A stretch of DNA of 64,000 bases from Hormiphora californensis (GCA_020137815.1 CM035355.1:4154001-4218000); one strand, 5' to 3'; counted from the first letter of the stretch, positions 31,797-46,300 are shown. Notes: a model not told the origin generated them from the letters alone. Numbers and translations: made by a program.

Positions 31797-34700
31797 ATGA
31801 CTGAATTAGTTTCTGAAACTGATAACACCTTCTATCTCACTGATGTTGTGACCACCAAGGATGGCAAAACAGGTACTTTCATTCGTTAGAGAGAGAAATA
31901 GAGAGAGAAATAGAGAGAGAAATAGAGAGAGAAATAGAGAGAGAAATAGAGAGAAATAGATGTTTTTTCCTCTTTTACTCCCTCTATGTCTTACCCCTTC
32001 CCCTCTCCCCCCTCCCCCCCCCCCCTCAGGTGTGATTATTGAGATGCCTGATTCTGACTCTGAAGAGGAGGAAGATGATGATGAGAAATCTACCGATAGT
32101 CCCCCGACTGGATCTGCCTGGGTCTCTTGGTATCCTGATGGTAAGTAAAACTTGTGTCTTCTGACAAACTGTAACTGTCATGTTGGTATCATCAGGGTGT
32201 CTCCGGGCCAAAGTTGTTAACAGTTAGTGTTGTTAAAATCTCAGTTTATATTTGTATTTTCTCAGGTGAGGAAGCAATGATATCCCAGACCGATCTTGAC
32301 CTGAAGAGTAGGGTCATGGAGCCGGGAATGGGGGTCCACAGAACCGGGGATCTGCGAAATGGGGCACTTCTTGATATCAGTGCAAACTGTACTGTCAGAT
32401 TGGTCGGTACCAACACCGTCCTCTCTAATGTTCCTGGTTCTATTCTAACTAATTGGAATGTAAGTTTGGTCGGGAGGGGTGCAGCAGCTCTTAAAAAATG
32501 ATACATTTATCAGATCACCCCTCCCCCCCCCCCCACTCAGTTCCATAGACATTAGCTAGCTAACATTTGAGATTATAGTTATTTGTTTTTGACACTAACT
32601 CCATTCTTCTCTCAGCTACACTACAATGAGCCCAATGTGGTCCTGGGAAATTGGCTGGGATACATCCTTCAGCTGCAACAATCCCTGGTCGTGGGCCTCA
32701 AGAATGGGGCTACGTTGAGGATGAACTTTGAAACTGCCCGACATATGGAGGATAGCAAGTTCTCGGAACTCAGCCCATACTTTAGTGGGACCTGGTAAGT
32801 GGTCAGCAAGTTAGTTGGGTTCGTCATAACCCATCTTTTTCCCACTCTTCCGCTCACTCTTTCTCCAAATCTTTCTTTCTCTCACTCTTTCTGCCACTCT
32901 GACGCTTTCCTTCTCTCACTCTTTCTCTCACTCGAAAATGAGCAGTTATTGGGGTTATTATTCAACTCACATTTTCTAGGTACGTTGGTCAGCGGTTAGA
33001 GGGGAGAGCCCAGTGGTTTAAAAGAGCAACCCTGATATCTGGAACCATGCCAGTTTTCAAGAGCATGAAACAGAAGGTCAAGGGAGTCGTGCTTGAGGTG
33101 AATTTAGTACAGCTGATAATGTGCTTTGTACTGTTCAGAGTGTTTGGTTATTGTCTGTTTGTTAGTTTGTGAGTGACTGAGTACTGCTATTTAGTTGTTT
33201 CACTAATTCAGGCGACCCTGACGGGTATTGAGGTTGAGTGGATTCTGTGTGGACTAATGACTAAAGATCGCAAGGAGAAAGAGGAAGGTCCGCCTGCACT
33301 GATCAAAGGAGAAAACCTCAAAAAGTAAGGGAACTGTTGCCATGTTCCTTTCTCTCTCTTTCTCTTTACCTCTTTTATCAGATTTTTATCTGATTCTGAT
33401 TTCTTAGGAAATGCACTCACAAATTGGAAACAGCTACTACCAAAGAATTTACATTCAACATCTGAATTATTCCCATCTCTACATTATCCAATATATTGCT
33501 ATTAATTGATAATTAATTAATTAGCTTTTACCAACGAATTATCTCCCTAGGATCCGTGTTTTTGATAGGCATCAGGAGAGATTCCTTAGTATTGGACTCC
33601 CTGCCCTACTCTCTGTCCCACCCGGCTACACCTACGAGGTATGAATTAGGGCCCAATATTATATTATGAGGGCATTAGAGATATATGTACTATTCCTCCG
33701 AACGGCTTTTTGCTTCGTTCTGAGGAACAGAAAGTTGGGTGGGTTCTAAGGAACCTTTTGTAATATGATTGATCTTCCTTCGTGCGATATCTCAAGATAT
33801 ATCTCTCTTTCTCTTTTCGTGTGTTCCCCGGAATTGTGCGTTGAGTAGAAAGACACATCGGAGGGCGGAGTTGAACCTATGAAATCATATAATTCGTCAT
33901 AACAAAATCGCTAAAATATAATCAAAGTAGAGACAACACCCCTAAATTCATATTATAGGGGCTGGTAGCGACTCTAGAGAAGAGTGGCGGTGTAATGCCC
34001 GAGATTGAGACCCCTGCCTGGCCAGAGGTTGCTAGCCACACTTGTCCACGATCTAACCCAGGTAACTTATTGTTAGCTCGCTAAGGAACAGTTTACAGGT
34101 AATCAACATGATACAAGAAAAGTATTGTTCTGCTATCAATCCTGTTTGCTATCAATCTTTGTTGATCAGATAAATGAAAGCTAATGAATTAATTATATTT
34201 TGTTGCAGTTACACCTGGAAGCCAAGACGAGGAAGCAGACAAACCAACAGACGAATTATCAGACGAAATGGAAAATGATGAACCAATTACCGATAACCAA
34301 GATACAGATAACCAAGATACAGATAAGCCAGATACAGATAAACAGACAGTAAAGGAAAGTAATGACAACAGTGAAACAGAACTCAGTAACCATGGTAACG
34401 ATGGTAACGATGGTACTGAGAGTCAGCCAGATGAAATGAACCGCCAGGATGAATCGAGTGAAAACCAACAGGATGCAACCGATGGAACAGAGGCAACAGA
34501 AAACACAGAAGGAACAGAAAACACAGAAGGAACAGAGGCAACAGATGGAACAGAAGGGGAACAGGAACAGTCGCCTTTAGACATTCCACCTGCTGGAGAT
34601 GGGGTGGAGTGGTCTGTTGTTGAGATAATAGAGGAGGGGTATGTTGCAGAACAGTCAGCCGTCACTAGCGATAAAAGTAATATTTGGGGGGTGTTGGTTA

Positions 34701-35707
34701 TTTTTTATATATAATACTTGCTAGTCATGCTTCTTATACCGGAGTGCGAAGGTACTACTACATATTATACAGTTATCTTTCTCTGCCTTGCTCGAACTTG
34801 CCTTGCTCAACCCTCCATTACAAATTTAACTTTCTTTCCAACATAACATCCCTTTCTCTACTGCCCCTATATCACACAACCCCTCCTAGTTCACTCTAGA
34901 TTACTAATAAAGTCCTTTCTCTGCTGCCCCTAACCCTATACCCTCCTCCCTCCCCCAGCTGACTCTGATACTGATAGCGGAGAGGACAGCAGTGGAGATG
35001 AGAGTGATAGTGGGCTGGATGATAGCATTGAGAAGAGTAACTCAGGTAACACACCTCACTCTTTCCAACAGCCCTTTCTCTCCTCGATCCTCTCTTACAC
35101 CTCCCCACACCCCAGGTAACTCTCCAGCAGCCGCTGGTGGTGAGACAGCATCCTCAGTTCCTGTTTGGTATGGGAGAAGGAGAAAGAGTAAAAAGGGTGC
35201 TTCTAATGCTAGCGGGTAGGTGTCGTTGACATACCAAGTTTCAAACTCCCCGACTCCTTCCTGGCCCTCTCGATCATAACTTCACTCATGTAACTTCCTG
35301 GCCCCTGCCCAAAATCTGGGAAAATCTTCTAAATCCCTGCATTTTCAGTTGGTGTTCCAAGATAACTCCGAAGGGTCCGATTGAGATTGGTGGACAGTAC
35401 CTGGTGGAGGTGGTCAGTGCAGACTACACCGGCAGGGTAAGAGTTGGGAGAAGTTGGGTACAGAGTGCCCACCGCCCAGTTGGAGTAGTGGTACGATTGA
35501 AGTTGGGTACAGGGTGAGAGATTGGGAGGGGAGGGACGGAGGGTTTCCAGTTGTAGGTAGCAAATTGGGGCTATGATATATCTGTAAACTTATCATTGAG
35601 TGTTTATGTGGCCGAGTCTTGGAGCGTCTTTTTCCACACCTGAAATTTGTCTACTGCTGTTTTTCTTGCTTACACATTAACCGATACAGGAGAGAGACAA
35701 AGAAAGG

Positions 35708-35785
<78 letters not shown>

Positions 35786-38700
35786 CAGTGAAATGTGAGA
35801 TAGATGGGAAGGAAGGAAGGTGAGCTGATTATGTAAGCCCGATTTCACGCTCGTTATCACCGCCGCTGCTAATTGTAATGACGAATGAGTAACAGTGCAA
35901 CAAGACGTGATCACACACACAGTGTGTCTCCTTGTTAACTCACTAAACACTTTGTTTGTTTTGTGTCAAACACAGACACTACCCAACTAAAAAGTGTGTT
36001 GTGAGTTAACAAGAACTGGTCTTGGTCGTCAACATTAACTTATAGCAAATTCCGCTAAACATGACTCTCCCAACAGGTTCTCTGCCCACTAAACCCCCCT
36101 AAACATGACCCGCTTCCCCTAATTACCCCCTAATTACCACTAATTACTCTCCAGGTCCTCTGGGAGGATAGTGAGATAGAGAGGGTACCCTGTACTCAAC
36201 TAAACCAGATAGACCATCTAGACGACCATGCACACCTACCAGGGTACTTTGTGAACCGGATAGGGGAATCTGATAGGCTGGCAGTTGTTACCAAGTATAG
36301 CTCCCACGCTAGGACTTGTAATGTCTTCTGGATGGATACTGAGATGGTGAGTCAGGGGTAGCAGAGCCGGGGTATTACGTGGTCAATGTAGAGGGTCTGA
36401 CCGTAGTGAGTTTAGAGTGTAGAGATCATAGTTTTTAGATTCGTTACTACCGATATAATATGTACTACCAATTCTGGGGTTGAAATATGAGTTACTTTTT
36501 AGGGGTGGAAATATTTTGGGGGGGGGGAGGGGGAGGGGTGGCGGCCACAATAAATAAACCTGTAATAAATTAAATATAAAGTATAGTCAATTAACCTATC
36601 TGGTATAACTGCTCATCCATGTTGCCTTCCCCTCTCATTCTACCCCGATGCCCTCTGATAGAGATTGTTATTGAACGTACCATGGCGAAGGGTTGGAAAT
36701 ATTGTATTTTATTCTCATTTATTCTTACTCTCTCTCTCTCTAGGCTGAGAACGATGTGAGCGTCTACTCGCTAGAGTACAATAAAAAGTACGATTTCAAC
36801 CCGATGGATATTATACTAAGTTTGGTAGAGTGTTCTCACAGTTCCATTGGGCAGGTCATTACCATCACTAATACTGGCAAGGTGAGACAAGGGTTTTTTC
36901 TGCAACTTCTCCGTTGGTATCACTGTGACAAGGGGGATTAGAAGGTTATACCCAGCTAGTATGTAGATACTTACCTTGTTCGACCCTCTCTCTCCGTGCT
37001 CCGGGGATTAGAACACAACAAGTAGCCATGATACATACCACTAGACCTAATTTTATCTTGTTCAGACTATAGCAACAACAATAGTACCGCACGGCCCAAA
37101 AAAAACTAAGGGTACGTTGGCCTTCTTTTCTCCTACAAATTTAATTTCAATCACTCTGATATTTTGTCACAATATTTGTATGGTTACTCATTCGAGGAAT
37201 CCGGAGTTTCAGCCCTCTGGATGAAAATTCATTTTTTTCGCCCGCATGAACATTTAATGAACGCCAAAACGGGACCATATTTTGGTACCAGAGTTTTACA
37301 AATTTGTTTGGCTATCGATTTTCTTTCGAACGCGACCAGTTTGACCTTAATTGGATAACCACAAGAATCACAGTGACCAGTCTAGGTTGGGTGATGTGAT
37401 CCCCATAAAATTATGACGTGTTAGCAAGAGAACTTACATTCTAACGGACGCGTATCGGTATACCGTCCTAATTAGCAGATGTGATACGTGATACGCGACC
37501 GTTACACCTGCTGATTGGCACTTAGTAATGACGCTAGCGGTCCAATAGGGGTCACTTGACCAGACCTAGTGTCGGAAAAGTGGCCACTGTGTCTCTTTTG
37601 GTGGTCCAATTGAGCTAAAATTAGTCGCGTTTGAAAGGAAATCGTTACCCAAAGGCGACTGTGAAATTCCGGTTTGGAATACCTTATTTGTTTTCAAGTT
37701 CATTTAGGATTCATTCCAGTTGTAAAAAATGAATTTTTAGATAGAGGGCCGAAATTCTAGCTAACATCAATATCGATCAAGTGTTATGGCCATACGAATT
37801 TTTAGCGCCTGAATTTACCAATTTCTCGTCAAAACGGGTTAAAATCGATGTTTGGTAAAAATGACCGTTTTTTAAGGCCAGAGGGGGGGGGGTCGACGGG
37901 TTTTTTGGGGTGTTTTTTGAGGTATACGTTATATGAAAGCGCTGGGCAAGGCGAATCGATTAGAACTGATGCCATCGATGTTGCGCACACCGTTTGGCAA
38001 AAATTTGGGGGTTAACATTTGGCCTATAATGGATGTTAACCCCTATAAATCAGGATTGGTGGGGTCTAGAACATCCATCATTGTACCAAAGGCTTCGTCT
38101 TGTCTTGATACAACTTCCTGAAAAGTTTTATGTCGTTACTCCAACTACTTCTTGATTTTTTGGGGGTTTACAAAATATGCGGAAAAAGCCCTTTTTGCCT
38201 CTAATTTTGCTCTTTTTTGGGACATCCTGCCTAACTTCCTGAGATAACGGCTAGGACTCAGACCTTGCCGTTTGGCATAGTTGTTCTAGAGACCGTGTTC
38301 TTCAAATTTGGTGTAGCGATTTTTGATTAAGGCCCCCGTTCAAAATTTATAGGGGTTTACATAAAATTTTCATGGACAAAACAAATGTTAACCCCTATAA
38401 TTTTTGAACGGGGGCCTTAATCAAAAATCGCTACACCAAATTTGAAGAACACGGTCTCTAGAACAACTATGCCAAACGGCAAGGTCTGAGTCCTAGCCGT
38501 TATCTCAGGAAGTTAGGCAGGATGTCCCAAAAAAGAGCAAAATTAGAGGCAAAAAGGGCTTTTTCCGCATATTTTGTAAACCCCCAAAAAATCAAGAAGT
38601 AGGAGTAACGACATAAAACTTTTCAGGAAGTTGTATCAAGACAAGACGAAGCCTTTGGTACAATGATGGATGTTCTAGACCCCACCAATCCTGATTTATA

Positions 38701-41700
38701 GGGGTTAACATCCATTATAGGCCAAATGTTAACCCCCAAATTTTTGCCAAACGGTGTGCGCAACATCGATGGCATCAGTTCTAATCGATTCGCCTTGCCC
38801 AGCGCTTTCATATAACGTATACCTCAAAAAACACCCCAAAAAACCCGTCGACCCCCCCCCCTCTGGCCTTAAAAAACGGTCATTTTTACCAAACATCGAT
38901 TTTAACCCGTTTTGACGAGAAATTGGTAAATTCAGGCGCTAAAAATTCGTATGGCCATAACACTTGATCGATATTGATGTTAGCTAGAATTTCGGCCCTC
39001 TATCTAAAAATTCATTTTTTACAACTGGAATGAATCCTAAATGAACTTGAAAACAAATAAGGTATTCCAAACCGGAATTTCACAGTCGCCTTTGGGTAAC
39101 GATTTCCTTTCAAACGCGACTAATTTTAGCTCAATTGGACCACCAAAAGAGACACAGTGGCCACTTTTCCGACACTAGGTCTGGTCAAGTGACCCCTATT
39201 GGACCGCTAGCGTCATTACTAAGTGCCAATCAGCAGGTGTAACGGTCGCGTATCACGTATCACATCTGCTAATTAGGACGGTATACCGATACGCGTCCGT
39301 TAGAATGTAAGTTCTCTTGCTAACACGTCATAATTTTATGGGGATCACATCACCCAACCTAGACTGGTCACTGTGATTCTTGTGGTTATCCAATTAAGGT
39401 CAAACTGGTCGCGTTCGAAAGAAAATCGATAGCCAAACAAATTTGTAAAACTCTGGTACCAAAATATGGTCCCGTTTTGGCGTTCATTAAATGTTCATGC
39501 GGGCGAAAAAAATGAATTTTCATCCAGAGGGCTGAAACTCCGGATTCCTCGAATGAGTAACCATACAAATATTGTGACAAAATATCAGAGTGATCGAAAT
39601 TAAACTTCTGGGAGAAAAGAAGGCCAACGTACCCTTAGTTTTTTTTGGGCCGCGCGGTAACAAACACCTACTACAGTGCTATTGTAATAGCAGTATGTGT
39701 CTGGTACCTATTATTGGTACAGACTTTCGAGTAGATGTGTACAGCAGTGTGTTTGTTGTTTTGAGTGTAATCCAATTGTAACGTTACTGTCACACACTGC
39801 ACACGTAGAGCGACATGTTGTAGCCGGCAGGTAAAAAGTGAGAGGGGTACCAAAGAGTCTAACGATGAGAGAAAACTGAGTGAGACAGTCGTTTCTGGAT
39901 AAGGGATCTTGTGTTCTAATGAAGATGATCCTGGTTCAATTTGATTAATTCCTTTTTAATGACTAAGGATTATGACCTCAGAAGACTTATTGTAGGGTAC
40001 ACCGGGCCGAGAAAGAGAGAGAGATAGAGATATTAATGAGAGCTAGATCAAGATCCTAAAAAGTTGAACCCGCTCGGCAGGGGGTTATAGGTAACACGGG
40101 AGTTATATACGTACGGCGCAGAGATCTCCCTATAATGACATTCACTAGTGTCAACACAGCGTCACGCGCGCTCACGAAATGCTTCCACCAGAATAGTGGG
40201 GTTATTTTGGGTTGTGTTGTTTCTCCAGACCCGGGTAAAAATAAATCGGAATTAGGAAATATGCATCTAAATACAGCGATAGCGACAGTACATTATAGAC
40301 AGAACGGATTTCTATTTAAGCATAATAACATACATGAATAACTGCAGGTACGGATATTTCTTTCCTCGCTATCACTCTCGTCCCAAACCCCACTAACTCC
40401 CACCGTCTCCTAAACCCCCACTAACCAGTAACCCCCACCCCTACTCCTCCCAAACCCCAAACTAACTCCCCCCCCCACTAACTCCCACCTCCTCCTCCCA
40501 AACCCCAAACTAACTCCCTAGTTAATGATAAGATGGGCTGACGGTGTCCTAACATCCATCTCCCATGACAACGTCATGCACCTACAAACCTACCCTGACT
40601 ACGATGACATATCGGATGATGAAGATGATGATGATGATAATGCCGTTGCAGAGGACGGGGGCAGTGAAACTAGCTCATGGATGACTGCAGACTCTGATTT
40701 CTTCTCGGAACAGTACGTTCATTTTGTTAAATTCTAAGTTTCCCCCCTTTTTTCAGTTGTTAGTGGCGTGGTCATGTGGTAGTGTCAGTGAGATAGGGCC
40801 TGGGTCAGTTTCCCTAGCGTACGAAGAGGTTTCATGGGATTCAGAGGACGGGGAGTGGATGGAGAATGCGATATTACGGGCAGCAGCAGTAGGAGGGGTT
40901 GGAGGGGACGAGACTACATGGATGACTACGAGCGAGGAACAGACAACAGATGACAGTGACAATGATATAACTGAACCGTGAGTGTGAGAGATTGCTACTG
41001 TGTGAAGTGTGAATGTGAGAGCTATACTGTGAAGTGTGAGAGCTAAAATGTGAGGTGTGAGGTGTGAGAGCTACACTGTGTGAAGTGTGAGAGAATGCTA
41101 CTGTGAGGTGTGAGGTGTGAGAGCTACACTGTAAAGTGTGATTGTGAGCTACACTGCGTGAAGTGTGAAGACTGAAGTGTGTGAGAGAATGCTACAGCTT
41201 GCTGTGAGAAACCCGCGTTTTAAGCACGTGAATGATTGCATGCATAGTGTCGTGTAATGAATGACTGAAGTGTGAATGCTAAAACTGTGACCGTGAATGA
41301 GACATGTGTGATTGTGCGTGACGTGACTATACAAAGCTGACACATGCCATTGACAGAAGCACACTTACAGCTACAATAACACAGCACTTTTACAACCGCC
41401 TAGTTGGGGGAGCTACTGGGTAGAATTAGAGCCGCAATAGCTAGCTGTCTGGCGGCTCCAACTTGATATCTGAGCCCAAATCAAAATCTGGCGTCGCCAG
41501 ACAGATATCTAGATCTCATGTAGAAGGTACATAGTACCCCCATCAAAAGTTTGCATCGTTGATTCTTGATTCTCGCCGCGAATGACCTTATTTAGCGCCG
41601 TAAATCGCGACGCGAATCAAGAATTAGCGGGGCAAACTTTTGATGGGGGTAGTAGAACTCTTGGTATGCTGTCATCTAACCCAACTCTCTCAGTGGTGAT

Positions 41701-43295
41701 GAGGTCCTGGTTGATGCCTTGGAAGATCAACCTGAGGATGAATCAGGGGAGAATAATGGAGAGGGAGGGGAGAATGAAGTGGCATCCATGGATCAGGGAA
41801 CCCAATCAGAGGGATCGGAGCAGGAAATGTATCCGGTGAGTAGCGATGGTAACTATAGTAACTATGATTACTTTGCATTGGTTGCTATGGTAACCACGAT
41901 ACCAACTGGTTATATGTTAACTGGAGTGAGTGAGAACAGTAGGGATCTTTTTGAAATATCGTCTGTACAATTGAAAATAACCTCACTGATACCTCCTCCT
42001 CGCAGTATGATACTTTGCTGAAACGATGCAAAGATCAGGATGACCAGGAAGGATCCAGTACAACAGGTAACCATGGTAACCAGGAAGGATCCAGTACAAC
42101 AGGTAACCATGGTAACCAGGAAGGATCCAGTACAACAGGTAACCATGGTAACCAGGAAGGATCCAGTACAACAGGTAACCATGGTAACCATGGTAACCAG
42201 GAGGTATCCAGTGTAGCAGGGGAACAGCAAGATCCTACAACCGGAGAGGGGGAAGGCACCACTACAACTCCTAAAAGAGAGGATCAAGATACCACTACAG
42301 CTACCACTGCAGAGAATCAAGGTACCACAGCTACCACAGTAGTCAAAGAAGACCAACCTCTCCCTGTGGAAGCTGAGGCAGTGCTGACCGCACTTCAACA
42401 GGGACATATCGTTGAGTTTCGAGGTCCCCCTGTTACACCTGAGACGAACCAATCAGATTCAACAACGGTATGTTGTGGTAATTAGTATAGACAAGGGGTT
42501 CCTTAGCTGGTAGAATCTTTTGAAGGACTGCTCGCGACTTTCCTTTCCTTACGCCGCATTTGTTACCTTTTACTAGTGGTATTTTTCTATTACTGATCTT
42601 TTTACCCCCCCCCCCTCCCCCGCTTGTTGAGTAAGGGGTGAGAGAGGCCTTCTCCACCACTCAACAACTCCCCACTGTTTTCAGAGGTCACCAAGGAAGA
42701 GATTCCGTAACAGGAGGGGCAGCAGTGTAGGTTCAGCCAGTGGTCAGAGTCAGCCAGAGTTCTGTGAACCTCAAGAGGTGACAGATACCGTTCTGGAGCA
42801 CACTAAGATAATCAGGTAATATATACCACGTGACTTCATGACGTCACATGTTGTCATGACGACGTGACGTCATGATTCACATGTTGTCATGACGACGTGA
42901 CGTCATGACGATATGACGTCACCCTTTTTAGAAGCACATTTATATTGTAGATCTATGAACAAGTTATTCCTACCTTCACCTATTTCTAATTACTCTGAAC
43001 ACTATTATGTCGAAACACAATGAACCTTCCTGTTCCCCTATAATCCCTCCTTTCAAACACAGAGGGGCGCGAATTCTTCCTGTTTTTTGGCCCCCCGAAA
43101 TCAGCCCAATTGTCACTCTCATCCTGGCCTCTCCCGCTATTGGTCTTGATACACATGCTCTGTGGAGCTGGCACGTGACATGTTGTTTTGTGAGACAATG
43201 ATATTGTAGCCTTGGGCGCCCGGATATGCTCGGATGGGAAATGGGTAGAGAAAGAGGGCCAGGAGAGAGAGAGAGAGAGAGAGAGAGGGATAGAG

Positions 43296-43383
<88 letters not shown>

Positions 43384-46300
43384 AAGGGTGGGTGTGTATG
43401 TTCAGAGAATCCCTCACACCGGAAGCTAATCTCTCACAGCATCTTTTGCTCAAAGTGTGAGGGGGTTGAAAAAGAAACGATATATGGCCCCGAGCTCGAA
43501 AAGAAGAGTAAAGGGAAAAGAGAATGAACAGACCGAGGTTATATCTGTCAGGCTAATGCTCTGACCACAGTTCTCGCCCGCTCCGCTTATTTGAACGAAA
43601 TAAGAATAGGGTCAGGCCAATGCTCCGACAGGTCATATATTGAAGAACTAAGTGGCTTTTAACTTCTTTTTTTAAGAAAGAGCATACATGTGGCGAATTT
43701 ATAGTGATAATGACGGTATAAATCATCATCATCTCTCTCTATATATCTCTCTCTCCCCTCTTTCTCCTTTTCTTCGCCACGTGCCGGCAAGATGGGTCTA
43801 TATCCAAGGCAACGTCGTTAGCACCAGCCTCTCCCGGCTGCTGAATATCTATCATGGCACAATAGGGAGAGAGGGAGAGAGAGAGGGAGAGGGGGGAGAG
43901 AGAGAGGGGGGAGAGTTAAGAGTGAAAGAGAAGAGAGCCTCATTATCCTTATGGTTATTCACACTCAGTCACTTGTTACTGGTCCAAGCGTCCCCTCTCC
44001 CCCTCTCTCCCTCTCTCTCTCTCCCTCTCTCTCTCCATCCTTTTTTCCCTCCCTTCCCCTCACCCTCTTCCTCTCCTCTCCCTCCTTCTCTCTCTCCTCC
44101 TCCTCTTTTCCCTCGTTCTTGGTGGGTGGCTATCCTTTTCCCCCTTTTTTTCCCCCCTTCCCCCCGGGAACTTTGGCCCGACTTTTTTTTTTGGGGAAAC
44201 TGAAAAAGGGGGGGAAAAAGGGAGGAATTTTTTGGGGAAAAAAGGGGCCCCCCCCCCCCCCCCCCCCTTTTTTGGGGGGAAAAGGGAAAAAAAAAGGGGG
44301 GGGGGGTGGGAAAAAGGGGGGGGGTTTTTTTTGGGGGTTTTTAAAATTTTTTTTTTTCCCCCTTTCCCCTCCCACCCTCTCCCCCCGCCCCTTTTTCTAA
44401 AAGGGAGGGGTTAAAAAAAAAAGGGGCCCCCCCCCCTCGGTTTGGGAAAAATCCCGGGGTTATTCGCCCGGCTTCTCACCAATTTCCCCCCCTTTCCCCC
44501 TTTTGCAAAAAAAAATTCCCCTCCCACGGCCCCTTTTCCCTTCTTTTTTCTTTTTTAAAAACATCTGTCCTTTTTATTTTTTTTCCCCTTTCCCTCTTTT
44601 CTTCCCCTCTTCCCCTCCCCCTTTTTTCCCCTCTTTTCTCCCCTTTTTTCCCGAATTTCCAGCCTCTTTCCCCCCCCCACCCCCCCCGCCTTTTCCCCTC
44701 TTTTTTTTTTAAAAAAATTTTAAAAAATTTTAAAAGGGGGGTTTGGGGAAAAAAAAAAACCCAATTCCTTTGGTTTTCCCCGCCCTTGACTTCCCCCCTC
44801 TCCCCTCTCTTCCCCCTCTCTCCCCCTTCTCTCTCCTCCCTTTCCTCCTAAAACCCCCTCTCTTTTTCCCCCTTTTTTCCCCCTCTTTCCCTCTCACCCC
44901 TTATGGTTCTTCCCGGGGTCATTTTTCCCGAATCCGGTCTCTTCTCTTTTTCTTCAAACCGGGGCTTTCCCCGTTCGGTTTTGTCTTTTTCCGGTTTTTA
45001 CTCATCTTGCCCCCCCTTCGGGCTTCACCTCTGCTGATCCGGAGGGGAAATTGTTCAATTTAATGGGTATCTGGGTTTTGGGATCTGGCCATTTTCCCTA
45101 TCATTCCTTCTCTTCCCTTGGACGGCCGGGAAAATTTTTTTTCCCTTGGCAGGCGGGCCTTCTCTCGGGTTCTATCTCAATCCCCCAAAAGGTTGGGTGG
45201 GGGGGGGGGGTGGGCCCCGGCCTCCCTCTCACCTCTTCCTTCGGTCGGTCCTGGTTTCCCCTTCTTTTTTTCCCTGTCGGGTTTTCTCTGGGGAATTCTC
45301 TCTCTCCTGTTCTTCTTCTCCTCCTCCCCCTTTCCCCTTTCCTCTCTCTTCTTCTCTTCTCGGTCCTCTTCCTCTCCTCTTCTCTCTCTCTTCTCTCTCC
45401 TCTCTTTTTTGGGCCCCTTGCGGTGCCAAGGGAAAAAGTGTGGAGAGGGAGATCAAGAAAGGGAGGGAGTGGTAAAGCATAAAGACCAAATGGCCCCATG
45501 ATAGGACTACAATTATGGGGGACGGTGTGTGTATGTTTTCGGGAAAAGGCACCACGGCATGAGTCTTTGTTTTAGAATCTCACCCCCCCCACCCCCAACA
45601 GCTAATCACCATAATAAACTGCTGCTCATGCATACACAACAATCTCACTCACAAATTGTTGAGTTACCCAACAACTCACAAATATAAAAGATGTTCTCGC
45701 CCTCAAACCCAACTATTATATCCCTCCATGACCCCCACTTATCAAATCAAAATGACCCCCTCTACCACAAGTAACCACTCCTCCTCTGTCAGGCCAATGC
45801 TCTCACCACAGTTCTCGTGCGCTCCTTATTTGAGAGAAATGAGAATAGGGTTAGGCCAATGCTCTGACAGCTTCTCCTAACCCCCTGACAATTCCACAGT
45901 GAAAGTTTCAAGACCCTCCCAGAGTGTCCCACCACCCACCAGTTTTATGGTAATTCCTGTCCGGGATCCTTCCAGAAAAGTTTCCTCTCCGCCCTCCGAC
46001 AAGATATAAAGATGATAAGTCAGAATCTACCACCTGGAATCTGGGTTCGAGCGTTCGAGGATCGAATAGTAAGTTGATGTTCTCAATCATCCAAGCTGGT
46101 CCTGTGGATCACTAAATTACAGTTTTAGTTGGGGATCTTGATTTTCACAGTTTATCCAAATTCCAAAATAGGCCGGGATAACCCAAATTCTTTCCAATAC
46201 TACAAGATATTCAACTAAAAAAACCAGACTAATATCCCTCTCTTCAGTTTCAAAAATACCAAACTAATATCCCTCTCTTCAGTTTGAAAAATACCAAACT

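Noticed and set aside
37369-37591. CACAGTG..CACTGTG pair suggesting a nested Transib element
   Set aside because: No 5-bp TSD (AGAAT vs TCTCT), and the symmetry continues outward as part of the older internal palindrome.
37164-39580. Mirror ORF pairs (64 aa and 62 aa); likewise the 74-aa pair at 7489/8109
   Set aside because: By-products of inverted repeats; no transposase motifs.
42828-42922. Clusters of TGACGTCA/CACGTG words (also 1100-1182 and 9720-9780)
   Set aside because: They arise from short local tandem duplications; no independent evidence for regulatory function.
43951-45555. G/P/F/K-rich ORFs
   Set aside because: They fall in homopolymer-smeared, probably low-quality sequence. 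The expected UBE2O exon preceding the UBC core may be lost there.
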